DNA from: Lama glama | Taxonomy: Eukaryota | Direction of reading: 5' to 3' | Assembly: GCA_028534125.1 (NCBI GenBank) | Contig: CM052818.1 | Coordinates: 46,254,001-46,318,000 of the forward strand | Length of the DNA: 64,000 bases | Part shown: one piece after another, positions 51,856-64,000 of the stretch | Numbering within the stretch: position 1 is the stretch's first letter | Layout of the letters: each line of letters opens with the position of its first letter | Position numbers and translations under genes: made by a program | The notes under the pieces: model-generated | Databases searched by the model: none | Told to the model about the DNA's origin: nothing | What the model saw: the letters and a program-made list of their open reading frames with translations, nothing else

Positions 51856-52739
51856 ATGAGCGTAAATTCCCTACCAAAAAAGTATGACGACCACGTTAAC
51901 CATATTTAACTGCGTATGATCATATCTGATTATGTATGAACCATGTATGATTCATGTTAATACTTGGGATGTTAAGTCATAAATCTTAGCCTCCCTTCAG
52001 ATTATCTGTCCTTCCATGATTAATATGTTGCTCACTGCTACAGGAATTCCGCAAATTAGCCATCTAAATTCCAATCACTATTCTCAACCAGCAGAGAAGA
52101 AAAAACTGGAATCTCAGAGCCTTATCACTGGACGACATCTCAAGGTCTTAGAGTCCGTATCTCCATCTCCCACTGCAACTTCCTTAGAGACAGAGGGCCA
52201 CCAACCAACCCTCTGCTGGAAGCCTTCCGATGACCAGCTCACCACTGGGGCTGCTCCCCCAGCTAACTTCTCCCTCAGATTTGAGTCAAAACCTGCTCTC
52301 GTGAAACTGCCCTGGAGAGAGGAACAGCTAATCCGTCTCACTTCCTCATTCCAGGGAAAACCTTCAGATTCGCCTTCTCCTACCCTCCCCAAGCTAAGAT
52401 GGCCTGGGTCCTTCCAACGTCCCTCTTACAACGAGGTTTCCAGCTTTTACGTGTTGAGGTTTCTCTTAAAATGTTGCTCTTACAACTCAACAGTGGGACA
52501 ACTACCTTTTTTAGCAGCACTACGTACCTCCCTAAGGTCACCTATGGCTCACCTTTGAGCACATTCGTCATGTACTGGCTCACAATGAACAGTGGCCAAC
52601 CAAGACAACCTGGACTTCTCACCTCCGGGTCACTATGGCTCGGCCAGATGACATCTAGGCCGTCCCCATGGCTTTATGAGTGGTGTTTCTCCCTCAGGTA
52701 CCTGCAACTCCCACCCCGCCCATGTACCAGACAGTGTAG

Positions 52740-52955
52740 TGCTGGGGTCAGAATGAGAGCCCGGGACGCAGATCAGGTTTTGAATCTCAGCTCCCCTAAC
52801 TCCCAGCTCTCCAGCTCGGGGTAAACGCCTCCTCTGTGTCTCAGTGACACCAACAGAAAGGAGAGTTACCGACAGGACCTAACTGACAGAGCTGATGTGA
52901 GGATTAACCTTATGTATCTGTGCAGCACAGCGCTTGGTCTACAATCAATAGGTTT
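52740..52955 (+). mobile_element. MIR fragment
   Basis: ggttttgaatctcagctcc...cctctgtgtctcagt...gctgatgtgaggattaa...cacagcgcttgg. Confidence 0.6.
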
Positions 52956-54239
52956 TGAGCATCAGATTTTTATTGCTGCTATTATGTTTCCACTCTTAAA
53001 ATTTATGAACATCAATACAGATCCTTTTTTATCATTTGTTATAACTTGTTCTTTTTTTCACAGCTATGGTATACATATATTTTGTATCCTCAATTTTGTT
53101 GTCTGAAGATTTCATCACAGGCATTTTTGTTCCTGTTGCCACATGACTCCCTCAAGTAGCTCCATCCTGAGTTACAGGAGGCTTTCGGCTTCTCACTTGG
53201 ACAAGCAATGAAACAATGCAATGTGCATCTCTGCACATCCTTCCAATAAAGATTTTATTTTTCTTGATGTGCACGGCCAAACTGCTTTCCAAAAACTCCA
53301 TGCACCGGTTTTCAATGCTGCAAGAAAGTAGCTGACAAACTACTTTATTCTTGACAAACACAAAGGATTATAATTTATTTTCTCACGTAACAGGAGGAAA
53401 AACATGCCAGATACAGTGTCTTCTTAATGCGTAATGAAGTTTCACTTCCTAAATTATTGCATGTATGACATATATTTCTTTTGCACTGCTCTATCCTAAT
53501 TATGATATAGTAATAGAAACAATTCTGTGTTAACTGAATAGCCATATTCTAATTAGCACTGCAAATAACAGGGAGAAACACACACAAAGCCGAATTCTCA
53601 TTTTCTTTTGTAGGCAGGAGACGGTAGAGGTTTGAAGGAAAATAAACATTTCTTCCATTGTATTTTTCATTTTAAAGATGTGCCAATTTCTCTAGGATGT
53701 TCCGATTGCAGGTAAAGAAGGGATCTCCCACTCCTGATAAGAATAGCTCCACCAACTCTTTAAGATACAGTAATTCTAGAGAAGTGAAAATGAAAGTCTT
53801 CTGGAGCTTCCCTCTTGATAAAAATGAATTTTTCCACCCACCGACATGTCAAACAGCTGAAGAATGTTAGTGTCTACTTCCTGGGGGGTGGGGAGGGAAC
53901 ACCTATGGGTTGAGACAGAGATTGGGAAAGTTTAGACTAAAGTATTGGAATAAATATGAACAGAGTTTCTTTTTTTTTAAAAGAGGTCAAATAGCAGTCT
54001 ATTGTCAGTGGAAAAAATTATTATAGAAGCAGTTTCTCAACTGATCATCATCATAATAACTACTTTTGCAAACCTGTACACAAGCCATCCTAGGAAATAC
54101 ACCTGTGTTGTCATCCTTTTGAAAACTGGGAGCAAACATAATATACTCGTCATTGTGTAAGAAAATTATTGTTTTGCATACATAGGGGACACACTGATAA
54201 GCGTTTGGCCCAGTTGAAGGTTTAAGGTTGGGGATGTGT

Positions 54240-54480
54240 GTGTCTAAGGCGGTGCGGCCTCAGCACCCCGGGAATTTAGTCAGTCAGCAAACACTCAGGC
54301 CCCATCCCAGACCGGCTGAACAGAAACTCTGAGGGTAGGAACCAGCTATCTGTGTTTTAACAAGACCTTGAAGGCATTCTGGGGGCACTCTCAAGGTTCA
54401 GAACCACTACTCTAAATCAGGGACTGCCAAACTTTTCCCTAAGAAGCCCCCGAGTAAATATTAAAGGCCTTGCAGGCTAA
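54240..54480. mobile_element. MER5-like fragment followed by a MER58-like start
   Basis: ctcaggccccatcccagacc...atctgtgttttaacaag...ttcagaaccact, then cagggactgccaaactttt...gtaaatattaaaggccttgcaggc. Confidence 0.65.
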
Positions 54481-54829
54481 GAGGCGATGCTGAGGTGACT
54501 GTGCTGAGACGCTAAAAACGTCCTCAGCCTGAAGGCTCTAAAAACACAGCTGGCTGCTCCAAGGCATCTCAAAACATATATGAGAAAACATACGTAATTA
54601 CAGATACATGAATCTATATAATCCTTACAAAGAATACAGTCTGCCAGAAAATACAATGTTTACACCTAAAATTGTAAGTCTCTCTCCCCTACACTAAGAG
54701 GATGGTGTAAGAACTTAGAGCAGAAATGTGATAACATACAAATGACTCTTTATTGACACCTCCTGTGTACCTACTGGCCTCTGTGCTGACCACTGCAAGA
54801 AACACACAGGAAATATACTAGCAGCTGCC

Positions 54830-55065
54830 ACGCTTACCACGTGTCCAGAACCACATCTGCCACTTCTTCGTGCTGTCTCAGTCAGTTGTCACTAACAAGC
54901 CTGTGCAGCAGTAATGTTCTCATCCTACATATGAGGAGACTGAGGCTCAGAAAGATAAGCAACTTTCCTGGTGTTCCACGCTTGTTGAGTGGCACCACTG
55001 GCTTCTACCCCAGGCTTCCTAGGTTCTAACACATATTTGCTCTCGATCCTAAACTACTCTGCCTC
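54830..55065 (-). mobile_element. MIR fragment
   Basis: catcctacatatgaggagactgaggctcagaaagataagcaacttt. Confidence 0.65.
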
Positions 55066-55261
55066 CCAGAATTGGTCACTGACTTCAAGGGCTTGTCATC
55101 TAATTGGGGGGCAAAGAGCAACAGACATAAAACTATTAGAGAACAATAAAGAGCAATATTTAAAGAGTGAACAGTGTCTGCCTATTAGAGACTCTTTCAG
55201 TTTTGGCTGAAGAGACAAATCAAAACTGATTCAACCTCAAACTCACAATTCAGAGGGGAAG

Positions 55262-56162
55262 TAGGGTAGGCAGAACAATGTCCCCATGCCAGCAAAGATG
55301 TCTACATTCTCATCCCTGGAAGCTGTGAGGATATGATGTTATCTTGAATTTCCAAGTGTTATTCAAGTTGTTAATCAGCTCAACTTGCGATGGGAAGATT
55401 CTCCTGGACCATCTGGGTGGGCCCAATGTAACCACGGGGTCCTTAAATGTGGAAGAGGGAGGCAGAAGAGCCAGGGTCTGCTATGGACTGAATCGTGTGC
55501 CCACCCACCCCCTCTGGCCAAATTCATCTGCTGAAGCCTTAACCCCCAATATGATGGTATTTGGGGGTGGACCTTTGGGAGAAAATTACATTTAAATGTG
55601 GTCAAGAGGGTAGGGCCCTCAAGATGGGATTAGTGTCCTTATAAGAAGAGACCTCAGACAGCCTACTGGCTCTAGCAGGCTTACGCTCTTCGCTTTCTCT
55701 CCTCCGTGTGGGGACCCAGCGAGAAGACGGCCGTCTGCAAGCCAGGGAGGGAGCCTTCCCCAGAACAAGAGCACGTGGGCACCCTGACCTCAGACTGCCA
55801 GCCTCCAGGACTGTGAGACACACATCCGCGGTGTAAGTCACCCAGTCTGAGGTATTTTGTTACGGTAGCCAGTGTAGACTATGACGGTGTCAGAGTGAAG
55901 TCGTGTAAGAAAGACTCCAGCAGCTACTGCTGGCTGTGAAGATGGACGGAGGCCACAAGCCAAGGAAGGTGGGCAGCCTCTAGAAGCTGGAAATGGCAGG
56001 GAAACCTCTTTGCCTCCAGGAAGGAAGTCAGTCAACACCTTGATTTCAGCCCAGTGAGACTAGCTTGGACTTTTGACCTCCTGAGCTGCAGAAAAATCTC
56101 ACGTCATTTTAAAAAACTCTGTTTGTGGTCATTTATCACTGCAGCCACGTCAAACTAATACC
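55262..56162 (+). mobile_element. MaLR solo LTR (MLT1D-like), interrupted by a second LTR
   Basis: Start ggtaggcagaacaatg...aaagatgtctac; internal gggtgggcccaatgtaa and gcctctagaagctggaaa; end aaactaatac. Confidence 0.85.
55479..55886 (+). mobile_element. MaLR solo LTR (MLT1A-like), nested insertion
   Basis: Starts tgctatggactgaat and ends gactatgacg. Flanked by gggtc (55474-55478) and gtgtc (55887-55891), a 4/5-match 5-bp TSD. Confidence 0.85.
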
Positions 56163-58676
56163 AGAGTCAAAGGAAACTAACGCTGTGTCAAATCTCGGCT
56201 TGATGGAGGTGGGCGGGCAGGTCTTCAACAGGTGCCTGGGGCAGGAGAGCGTGTGTACAGACCAGCAGCAGGGCTGGATGGGAGACAGCCTGCAAACCAC
56301 AGATACAGTCCTGATGCGCTCAGGAAGCAGTGAGCCGCCGGTCGGCCTGGAGCAGAGAAAGACTGGGGAGAACTGGAGATCAGTTAGAGGTCGGACGGGG
56401 CCAACCCATGACCAAGCAGGAAACGAGGCAGAAAGTCCCGCTGGCACATAAAGTAAGGAACATGAGATGGGAAAACATGTAAAGCAGTGTCAGGCATAAA
56501 TGCTGAACTATTTTCACTGTTCCTTTAATGATACCGAAAACGGGGGTTCTTCTATGCACGCAGGTGCCTAAGGATGTTAAACGCTTTAATGATCAAACCA
56601 CGATGGGGAACTTCTCCAGGACTAACTTCCTTCAGAGCCAGAATGACTACACAGCTCTCACACTCCTAGCCAACCGTGGTTGCCAGCAGCTCAGTCTCTT
56701 GTTGAATATGCGTGGCTTATTCCTAACATCTAGTTCTAAAAAAATTTAATCTATCCTTAGACTCCTCTCCTAAATATATTCAAAAGAATGTGCTACTAAA
56801 AGCAGTTCCAGAGAAGAGATCCAAATGCCATGGAAGATGACAGCAGCTCACAGGACAAGGTGCAGCGTTTCCTCAGGTGACTTTTCTGAAGCAGACCACA
56901 CTTGTTCTGAAATGAAGACTCCAGGATCAGTGTTCTGGCTTATTAAAAAAAAAAATCTGACTCACAGCCCTATAATAACTCAAACTTATATATAATATAA
57001 AGATGAATAAAGACAACAAAAATACAGGCCCCTGCAAGCCAGGCTGACGGTCGGCCTGCTGGGTGTGTGGCGCCTCAGAAAGGACCCAGACCGGTGCACA
57101 GGATGCTGTGCTCAAAATCCAGAGCAAACTACTCAACTTCCTTAAGCCTGGGTTGCCTCTGATCAAGTGGCAAAATGCCATTTGAAACAGAAGAGCACGT
57201 GCAGCGGGAAGGAGGCACGGAACGTGGCTCTAGGGGGCGGACGGCACATTACAGCAGGAAGGGCGCAGAGAGCTGGGAGGGACTCCGCCAGGGGTCTCAG
57301 TTCGGTGATGCCAGAAGCGGGATCGCAGCTGGTACTCCACAGTGTTAACCAACCTGAGGCTCATGTTGGGGGCGCTTAAGGGGGCAAGTGGCAGTTTCAT
57401 AGGCAAGCAAATTTTCAAAGGGTTAAGACCAATTTCCCCTCACAATCCACTTTAGCATATGAAACTCTTTGGCTAGTCCTGCAGGAGGAGAGACCTGCTT
57501 ACCTGCGCTTCACCCCAATTTCCCTAAAATTGTAGAGCCCAGAGAGGCCTGTCTCCTCTCTCCCAGGCTCTTGAACTTCGTGAGGACGACAACGTGGACA
57601 AGAAGAAACACTGTGGAGAAGCAGCAGAGAAGAAACATCACTGGGTTATGTTTTAGAAGACGACTCTGGGCAGGTGAGGAAATGAGGCTCAGGGCACAGG
57701 GTCAGCAGCACAGGTCAGCAAGGCAGAGGAGACGCACGTGGCGGTGAATTTGTAAAGCGGCTTCCGGACACCAAAGTGCTTACACCTTCTCCTTCCTAAA
57801 GTTGGTTGGAAGCTACCCTGCTGGGCACTGGGCCAGCCTCTGGAGCCTCACCAGTCCTTCCTCAAGGCTGGCAGCAGTCACAGAGCCCACATTTGCCCAT
57901 TACTTCATTTTTTATTTCTGACCAGAACAACTTCTCAACATAGGACTTTAAGATCACTTCTGAACCTGACCAAAATATAAAAGATCCCTTTTACACAAGC
58001 CTTAAATTATAAAGTCGGAAAGCTCAATGAGCACAATACAGAATATATCACTTACGATACTTTCTGAAATCTGCTGTTGGTCCACAAAACTGAGCATCCA
58101 TCTCTTGGTGATACCTCGACACGTGGTGGCCTGACTACAGCCCTGGCCCAGCCGCAGGCCAAGCGCCAGGAGCACCCTGAGAACACGTTCAACCCTCTGA
58201 CCTCAGGTTCCTCTTTGTAAAACAAGAACGATTTGTTGTAAAGATGCACATAGTGTACAGAAAGCCCAGGTACGCAGGAAGTGTTCAAAAACAGAAGACC
58301 GTCACTACTGTCCCTCAATGCCAGCAACTTCATCCAGGAAAGGAGCTTTTCCCGGCGGCACCGTCTTTCTGGATACTGAAACATCTGTCTCAGCAAATCT
58401 CAGTGCTGCGTTAAGAGGGGGAGTCTTATACTCTTTTTTTTCTTTGAAATTTACTTTTAAATAAATTAACTAATTAAAATCTCCCTACGTGTGTTCACTT
58501 CCAGTTTGGTGTTAATCACTGAAAAGTAACTCCACTTCCTTCTTTCATAAAATCTGTGGCTGTCAGGCAGTCGATCAATATTTATGTACTGGCAAGCTAA
58601 GCCTGGTGGTGGGTTTTGTTACTGTTTTATGGTTTCTCTTTTAAAAACTGTAGTGGATTTTGAAGACTATCTGGAT

Positions 58677-58768
58677 GGTAGTTTCTTAACCCTGGCATTA
58701 GTGACATTTGGGGCCAGGTAACTGCTGGGGGCTGTCCTGTACATCACAGGACCTTCAGCACCACCATG

Positions 58769-58810
<42 letters not shown>

Positions 58811-58871
58811 TTAGTTGTAAATAACCAAACTGCAGAGGGTAGGGGGCAAACCACCCTAGCTGAGAACCACG
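58677..58871. mobile_element. MER20-like DNA transposon containing a (CA)n microsatellite (about 58776-58807)
   Basis: tttcttaaccctggcattagtgacatttggggccaggtaa...gggggctgtcctgt...ggggcaaaccaccctagctgagaaccac. Confidence 0.8.
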
Positions 58872-59379
58872 GATCTGCGCTCTAACCTAAATGGACTACT
58901 TTAGAGACAAGGAAACCAGGACTAGAAGGTGCTAAGTGACTTTCTCCAGGGCACAACAGCTAGCACCACAAACCCCGGGTCCAAAACGCTTTCAAACTTA
59001 GTTGGGAACCAGCTCAAGTCAAGAACAACTTAAGTCCCATCTCTTCTTTGCTTTCTGGAACTTATTTCACAAACATTTGACACTTATCATAAACAAATTA
59101 ATACCTGTCTAATCATTTTAATATCAATATAATGACAATTTATAAAATACGCAAAATAAAGGGAGGAAAAATATCTGTATAAAGTCACAACTCATTTAAA
59201 ACAATCCTTTTTAGCATATTTCCTCCCGATACTTTTCCCTGCAGATGTGCTTTTCTACTCCTCTGGGTAAGTTGTTACTTTCCTCTTTCTCCCTGATGAT
59301 AAGACAGCAGGACATGTATCAAGATATGTACACATATCTACCCATACATAAATACACACACACACACACAACTTGTTTT

Positions 59380-59890
59380 CCTTAGAATTCAGTGGACTCT
59401 CTCAATGAGACCTGAAATCTTTCTTTAGTTATAGGAATTTTTCAGCTATCATTTGAGGGAAAAAAAAATTCCCTCTTTCCACTCTCTTTTCCCTCTTCTG
59501 GAACTCCTGCTAGGTGGACGCTAACATTGACCCTCCTGAATCTGTTCTCAGTGGCTCCTAATTTTTATTTCACACTGTCCATCCCTTTCACTCCTTGTGT
59601 TCAGGCAACGTGGGGCCTCATTCCTTCTTCCCATGTGTATAGCCTGCCATTTAGCAAATTTCAGTTCTTATTTTAACAATAGCTCCCCACCGCCGCCCCC
59701 AAGACTTTTACTGGTGCTTTTTCACCAGTGCCTTGCCCACTTCAGTAATTTAATAACCTCCCTTGCCCCTTGAAGGATCCAAACCATTTGTTCTTACTTT
59801 AAAGTTCTGCTCTGATTGCCTTATTAATTGTTTTGTCAAGTATGAGTTCTTCACTTCCTTGATTTGAGGGCTCTTCAAATGTTAGGCTAT
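59380..59890 (-). mobile_element. Old L1 (L1ME-like) fragment
   Basis: ggaatttttcagctatcattt...ctcttctggaactcct...gaccctcctgaatctgttctc. Confidence 0.5.
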
Positions 59891-60284
59891 TCTTAATACT
59901 CTCTTTGAATGCAAAAGGCATTCTGACATGATTAATAGCACAAATCAAGTGACAGAGGCAGAAATGAGTCCGATGTCCTTCTGAGCCAGTTTGACAAAGC
60001 TGGGTCCCGCAGGGAGGCCATCAGAGGAAACTCAGCGGCTCTTCAGAGAACAAGAAGCAAAACATGGGACAGTGGGGGTGGGAGAGGAAACCCCAGGCCT
60101 GAATCAGAGTCACAAAATAAAACACACTTGCAAAAATTAAACACCCCAACTCACCTCTCTAATAGGCATGCCCAGAAAAACGAGTCTGGTTGATTATTCA
60201 TTAATGGTAATCAGTATCATGGCACCAGGACTGCAGATACAAAATTTTCCACAAAGAAACCCCTAGGAAAGAAAGCACACTCAC

Positions 60285-60357
60285 CCAGCCCAGAGATGTT
60301 TATTGCTTTCACGGATTTCTTCATTTTGTAAAGAACCATCCGGTCCACGTCCAAAGC
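60285..60357 (-). CDS. ASAP2: ASAP2 coding exon 2 (73 nt, phase 0->1), BAR domain: ALDVDRMVLYKMKKSVKAINISGL
   Basis: Minus strand reads tttag|GCT TTG GAC GTG ... TCT GGG CTG G|gtgagt. The peptide matches the recalled ASAP2 N-terminal BAR region and the phase joins exon 3. Confidence 0.96.
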
Positions 60358-63229
60358 CTAAAATACAGAGAACGTATTAATTAAAGCGTGTTTGAGCTTA
60401 GATCTCAGCTACAGAGGGCAGTCCGGTGAAGGCCCCTCGGGGGCTGCCTCTGTGGATAAATGCTCGGGCGGTGGGAATGAAGACAGGGCAGGTAGTCACC
60501 GCCTCATCCACCCGAAGGACCCAAGCTGCCTCCGCCCGCACTGCCCATGGTCCACCATCGCCCCCTCCCTGTGAATCAGCAAGGCCCGGGGACGTGCCAG
60601 CACGCCAGGGCCTGCCCCCAAATGGTCAAACAGACACACTTGGGTATTAAATCATCATCTTACAGGCCAGCTACCACACAGTAGGTGTATACAGCACTTA
60701 TACACCCAGCGCACAGTAAGTGGTCAAACATTTGTTCAATGACTAATCAAACCTGGAGATTTAATCACAGCTCTGCTTTCACAGAAGATGAGGGGTAAAC
60801 TTTCCTTTTAACCCCAGTGAAACACCACAGAAGAGCAATGGGTGTCACTTTTAGTTGCTGTGACGTGAGGAACTGAGCACTGGTAAACAGGGACAGTGAC
60901 ACCAATCACAGGGTATTTGCAAATGAAATGAAGACCTGCAGGGAAGCCCCCAGCCCAATATCTGAGACCCAGGAGTTACTCAATAAAGTACTTACTACTC
61001 ATTGTGAGTCTGAGCATAAAATAGTGCAATGACCTGTCATGTTAAACAGAGCACACCATCTCAGAGAAAGATTCTGGACTTCTGGGCGTCCTAAATCACC
61101 TTCTGAATCCACTTTCAATACCGGCTTGGTAAGTCCTAATTCCAATGGAACAATGACTGTTCTTATCTTGTTAAATGCTAAAAACGGATATGATTGATGC
61201 TGACAGTTTTAAACAGAAAAATGATCACAAAGGCACCAGATATTTGACAAAGTGGTTAAAATACAAAGAGCTGTTATTAATAAAAAAGCACCATTACCCT
61301 CCTAATGTTCTCCTCTGAGGGCAAGCATGTGTTCAGCTCTGTAGCCCCAGTACCAGCAGAGAGCCTGGCAGAGAACAGGACTGAAAACACAGCTCAGGAA
61401 ATGACCATGGGACTAGGAAGACCAACAAGGGCCCAAATGCAGGAACGGTGTCCCTGCTGAGCCCAGAGACAATGGGCAGCTACAGACGGCTCCTTACTCT
61501 TAGCAGGAGGGAGGAGAAGGGCACACAGGCCCCAGTGAGAACAACGGATCTGGGCAGGCAGGAAGCGGATACAGGGAAAGGCTACTCAAACGTGAGGGAC
61601 CCAGTGGGGACACACAGTCGGGAGCCACCTGGGGCTCGAGGCAGCAAACATGCTGGAAACGTCAGTGAGTGCCCATCAGGACCTACTCTGCCACTCTCAC
61701 CTGGGTCTCAGCTCTCCAGGCGCTGGCACCACCATCAATGATGGACCAATCTTCTGTCCACAAGGGTTCGGCTCAATTGTGCTGGGGAAATGGGAACCAG
61801 GGGTAATCAGGTATTTCAGTGTGGAAGAGATCGCAGAGAAAATACGCTTTATCACACGGCTGAACTCTGACAAATTCCCTCCCACGTTATACTGTGGGAC
61901 ACACCCTGCCCTGACCATTTACTGCACAAAGTCTTGTAAAAATACGCCACTATATGGAAATTCTACCCTTGTCATTAAAGGGACAAGCTGTTTCCTGAAC
62001 TCACCAGGGAGTGGCTACGCAGTAACTGGCTTTCCTAAGTCTATTAAGAAGAGCTTGGAAGTAAAGTTGAAGCGAGTGGTGGAGGTAATTTTTAACTAAA
62101 ATGACAAGAGAAAAAAGCAATTATTTCCCCACTCAAAAACACACCCTTCATTATAGTGCTTACTCACAGGTAATTAAGATTAAACTTGATCAGAAGAAGT
62201 TAAAAAGATTAAGACTGAGTGCTGGAAAAAGTCTCTGTCAATTACACATAAAAACAGCACTGGAATCTTAGAACAACAAAAACATAACAAAAGCTGAGAG
62301 TCTCAAGGAACCAACAGTTTCAACCAATTAGGCTGAGACTTGTAACCAGATCGGGAGCTCACCCACACCCTGCCCACTCCACACTCTACCCAAGCTTCAG
62401 AGAAGGGGGAAAAAGCTGCAATTATAACCAGAATTCATGTGGAAAAACTATAAACAGGCCAAAATCTAATAGACAATACAGACCGAAGTAGGAACTAAGC
62501 CGCAGCCAAGTCTGACCAAACCTCATTAACTCTGAGGAGCGAGACTACAGCTGACCTTTCATTTACAAAGAAAATTTCAGAGAGTGAATTTATCACAGGG
62601 ATGTGTCTTGGATATTTCAGAGGAAAATAAACAACGGTTTTCAACCACTTTCAAAGTGTCTCTCTGGATCCCCTACACAGTTTTATTAATAGCCACAGTT
62701 CTTATTTATCTCCTCCGAGTCCCTGCCGCCCGGGCGTGGCTATGCTCGGGGACGCGTGCAGCGTGGGAAAGGACAGCTCTGGGGTGGGGAGCGGGGTGCT
62801 CACACTTTTTCTTCTCAGACCCGTGCTGTCCAGGACAGCAGCCACTGGCCACAGAGGAATATTTAGAGTAAAATTAAAATGTAATAAAATTTAAAAGTCA
62901 GCTCCTCATGTCTTGCTACCTTTCTCAAGAGTGCTGGCCCCATCCCACGCGCTGCTTCCAGGCGTGCTGCCTTTAGGCTTCTCCTCTGTACCTGCAGGCC
63001 CCTCCGGGGGCCGTCCCTGAGGGTTGTCCCATAAGACACTGGCAGCATCTGGGAGTCCTTGCCCTCCTCCTTCCGTGGGCTTGGCACAAACGTCACTGTG
63101 TGACACATCCGTCTTCCTTGGGAGGGCTGACTTAGTCTGTTCCAAGAGCCCTACAGGGACCACCATCCTGGCGCGGAAGCACCTATGTCCTGATGCTGGA
63201 ATGTGGAACCAAACCCACAGTCTGAGATG

Positions 63230-63598
63230 AGCCTGGAGCATCCAGGGTCCACAAGCCACATCCTGCCCTCAGCCTGCTTTTACGCGGCCGTGAGCTAAGG
63301 ATCTGTACAGATGAAACTTCCCAGTCCACGTAATCACGAGGAATTCTGACTCTGATCCAGCTAAGAGAAGCGTCATATCCCCAGAAGGACCCCACCCCCC
63401 ATCAGCAGACCTGCATCACCAAACGTCACGCTCCACTGTTACTGTCCTTAGTTTGATTTTCATTAATAAAATTTTTTGTGGAAATTTATTTCCTCTTATT
63501 TTATAAGTATATACATAGTATCCTCAATTGTGTCTCTAGGCCCAGAAAGCCTAAAATATTTACTATCTGGACCTTTGCACACAGTGTACTGACCCCTG
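63230..63598. mobile_element. MER58B-like hAT DNA transposon
   Basis: gcctgcttttacgcggccgtgagctaagga...gcccagaaagcctaaaatatttactatctggacctttgcac...tgacccctg. Confidence 0.75.
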
Positions 63599-64000
63599 AC
63601 CTGCAGATCCACACAGATGTTTCCCCAGCATCGTCAGCAAGCCCCTGCTCCTCCTGCCCTGACCTGAAGGCATTCGCCGGAGCCAGCAGCACAAGGCCAG
63701 CTTGGTCCCCAGCTCCCTACGGTCACAATTTGAGCCAGCAGGGATGGGAAGGGGCTGGCTTACTCTTGGAACCCAGAGACGCTGCCCTGGAGGGGACGAG
63801 AGGACAGCGACCCATAAGCCTCCCTGATTCAGACCACATTCCAGGCCTGTCCCGTCTCATCACCCCCCATTCCTTTCATGAAAGGCCAACTGGAGAAGAA
63901 GGAATGGTATATTTGAAGGAGAGTGGACCAAATAACAAAACAAAAGAATGCCCAGACCCATGTCCCAAGGACAGCTTTGCCAAGAGTCATACAGACGTTT

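Noticed and set aside
1..64000. A novel prokaryotic-style system (operon, CRISPR array, defence locus)
   Set aside because: The sequence is a spliced mammalian gene with SINE, LINE and LTR relics. It has no gene-dense ORFs and no regularly spaced repeat-spacer arrays.

Overview
This is eukaryotic (mammalian) genomic DNA. The whole window lies inside the ASAP2 gene (ArfGAP with SH3 domain, ankyrin repeat and PH domain 2; DDEF2/PAG3), which is transcribed on the minus strand. Eleven constitutive coding exons (numbered 2-12 by analogy to human, from recall) can be placed to the base. All have GT-AG boundaries and consistent phases (73+146+75+50+130+86+76+87+104+70+88 = 985 nt), and they encode most of the BAR domain and part of the PH domain. 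Exon 1 and exons 13 onward lie outside the window. A 9-nt in-frame microexon (Ser-Arg-Arg, 14658-14666), invisible to the ORF track, sits between exons 9 and 10 with SRRM4-type and RBFOX-type motifs around it. Introns carry old mammalian repeats (MIR, L2, L1M, MER, MLT1), one tRNA-derived SINE and short L1 3' tails that resemble camelid elements, so the source is probably a camel, llama or alpaca (inference). Nearly all ORF-track entries are spurious. I found no prokaryotic-type system, CRISPR array or new gene. The most interesting signals are the microexon, an extreme GC3/CpG spike in exon 6, a 79-bp direct repeat bracketing exon 3, a ~50-bp retroposed poly(A)-signal cassette near exon 9, and a hairpin-sequestered cryptic 5' splice site. 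Repeat boundaries and subfamily names are by-eye estimates.
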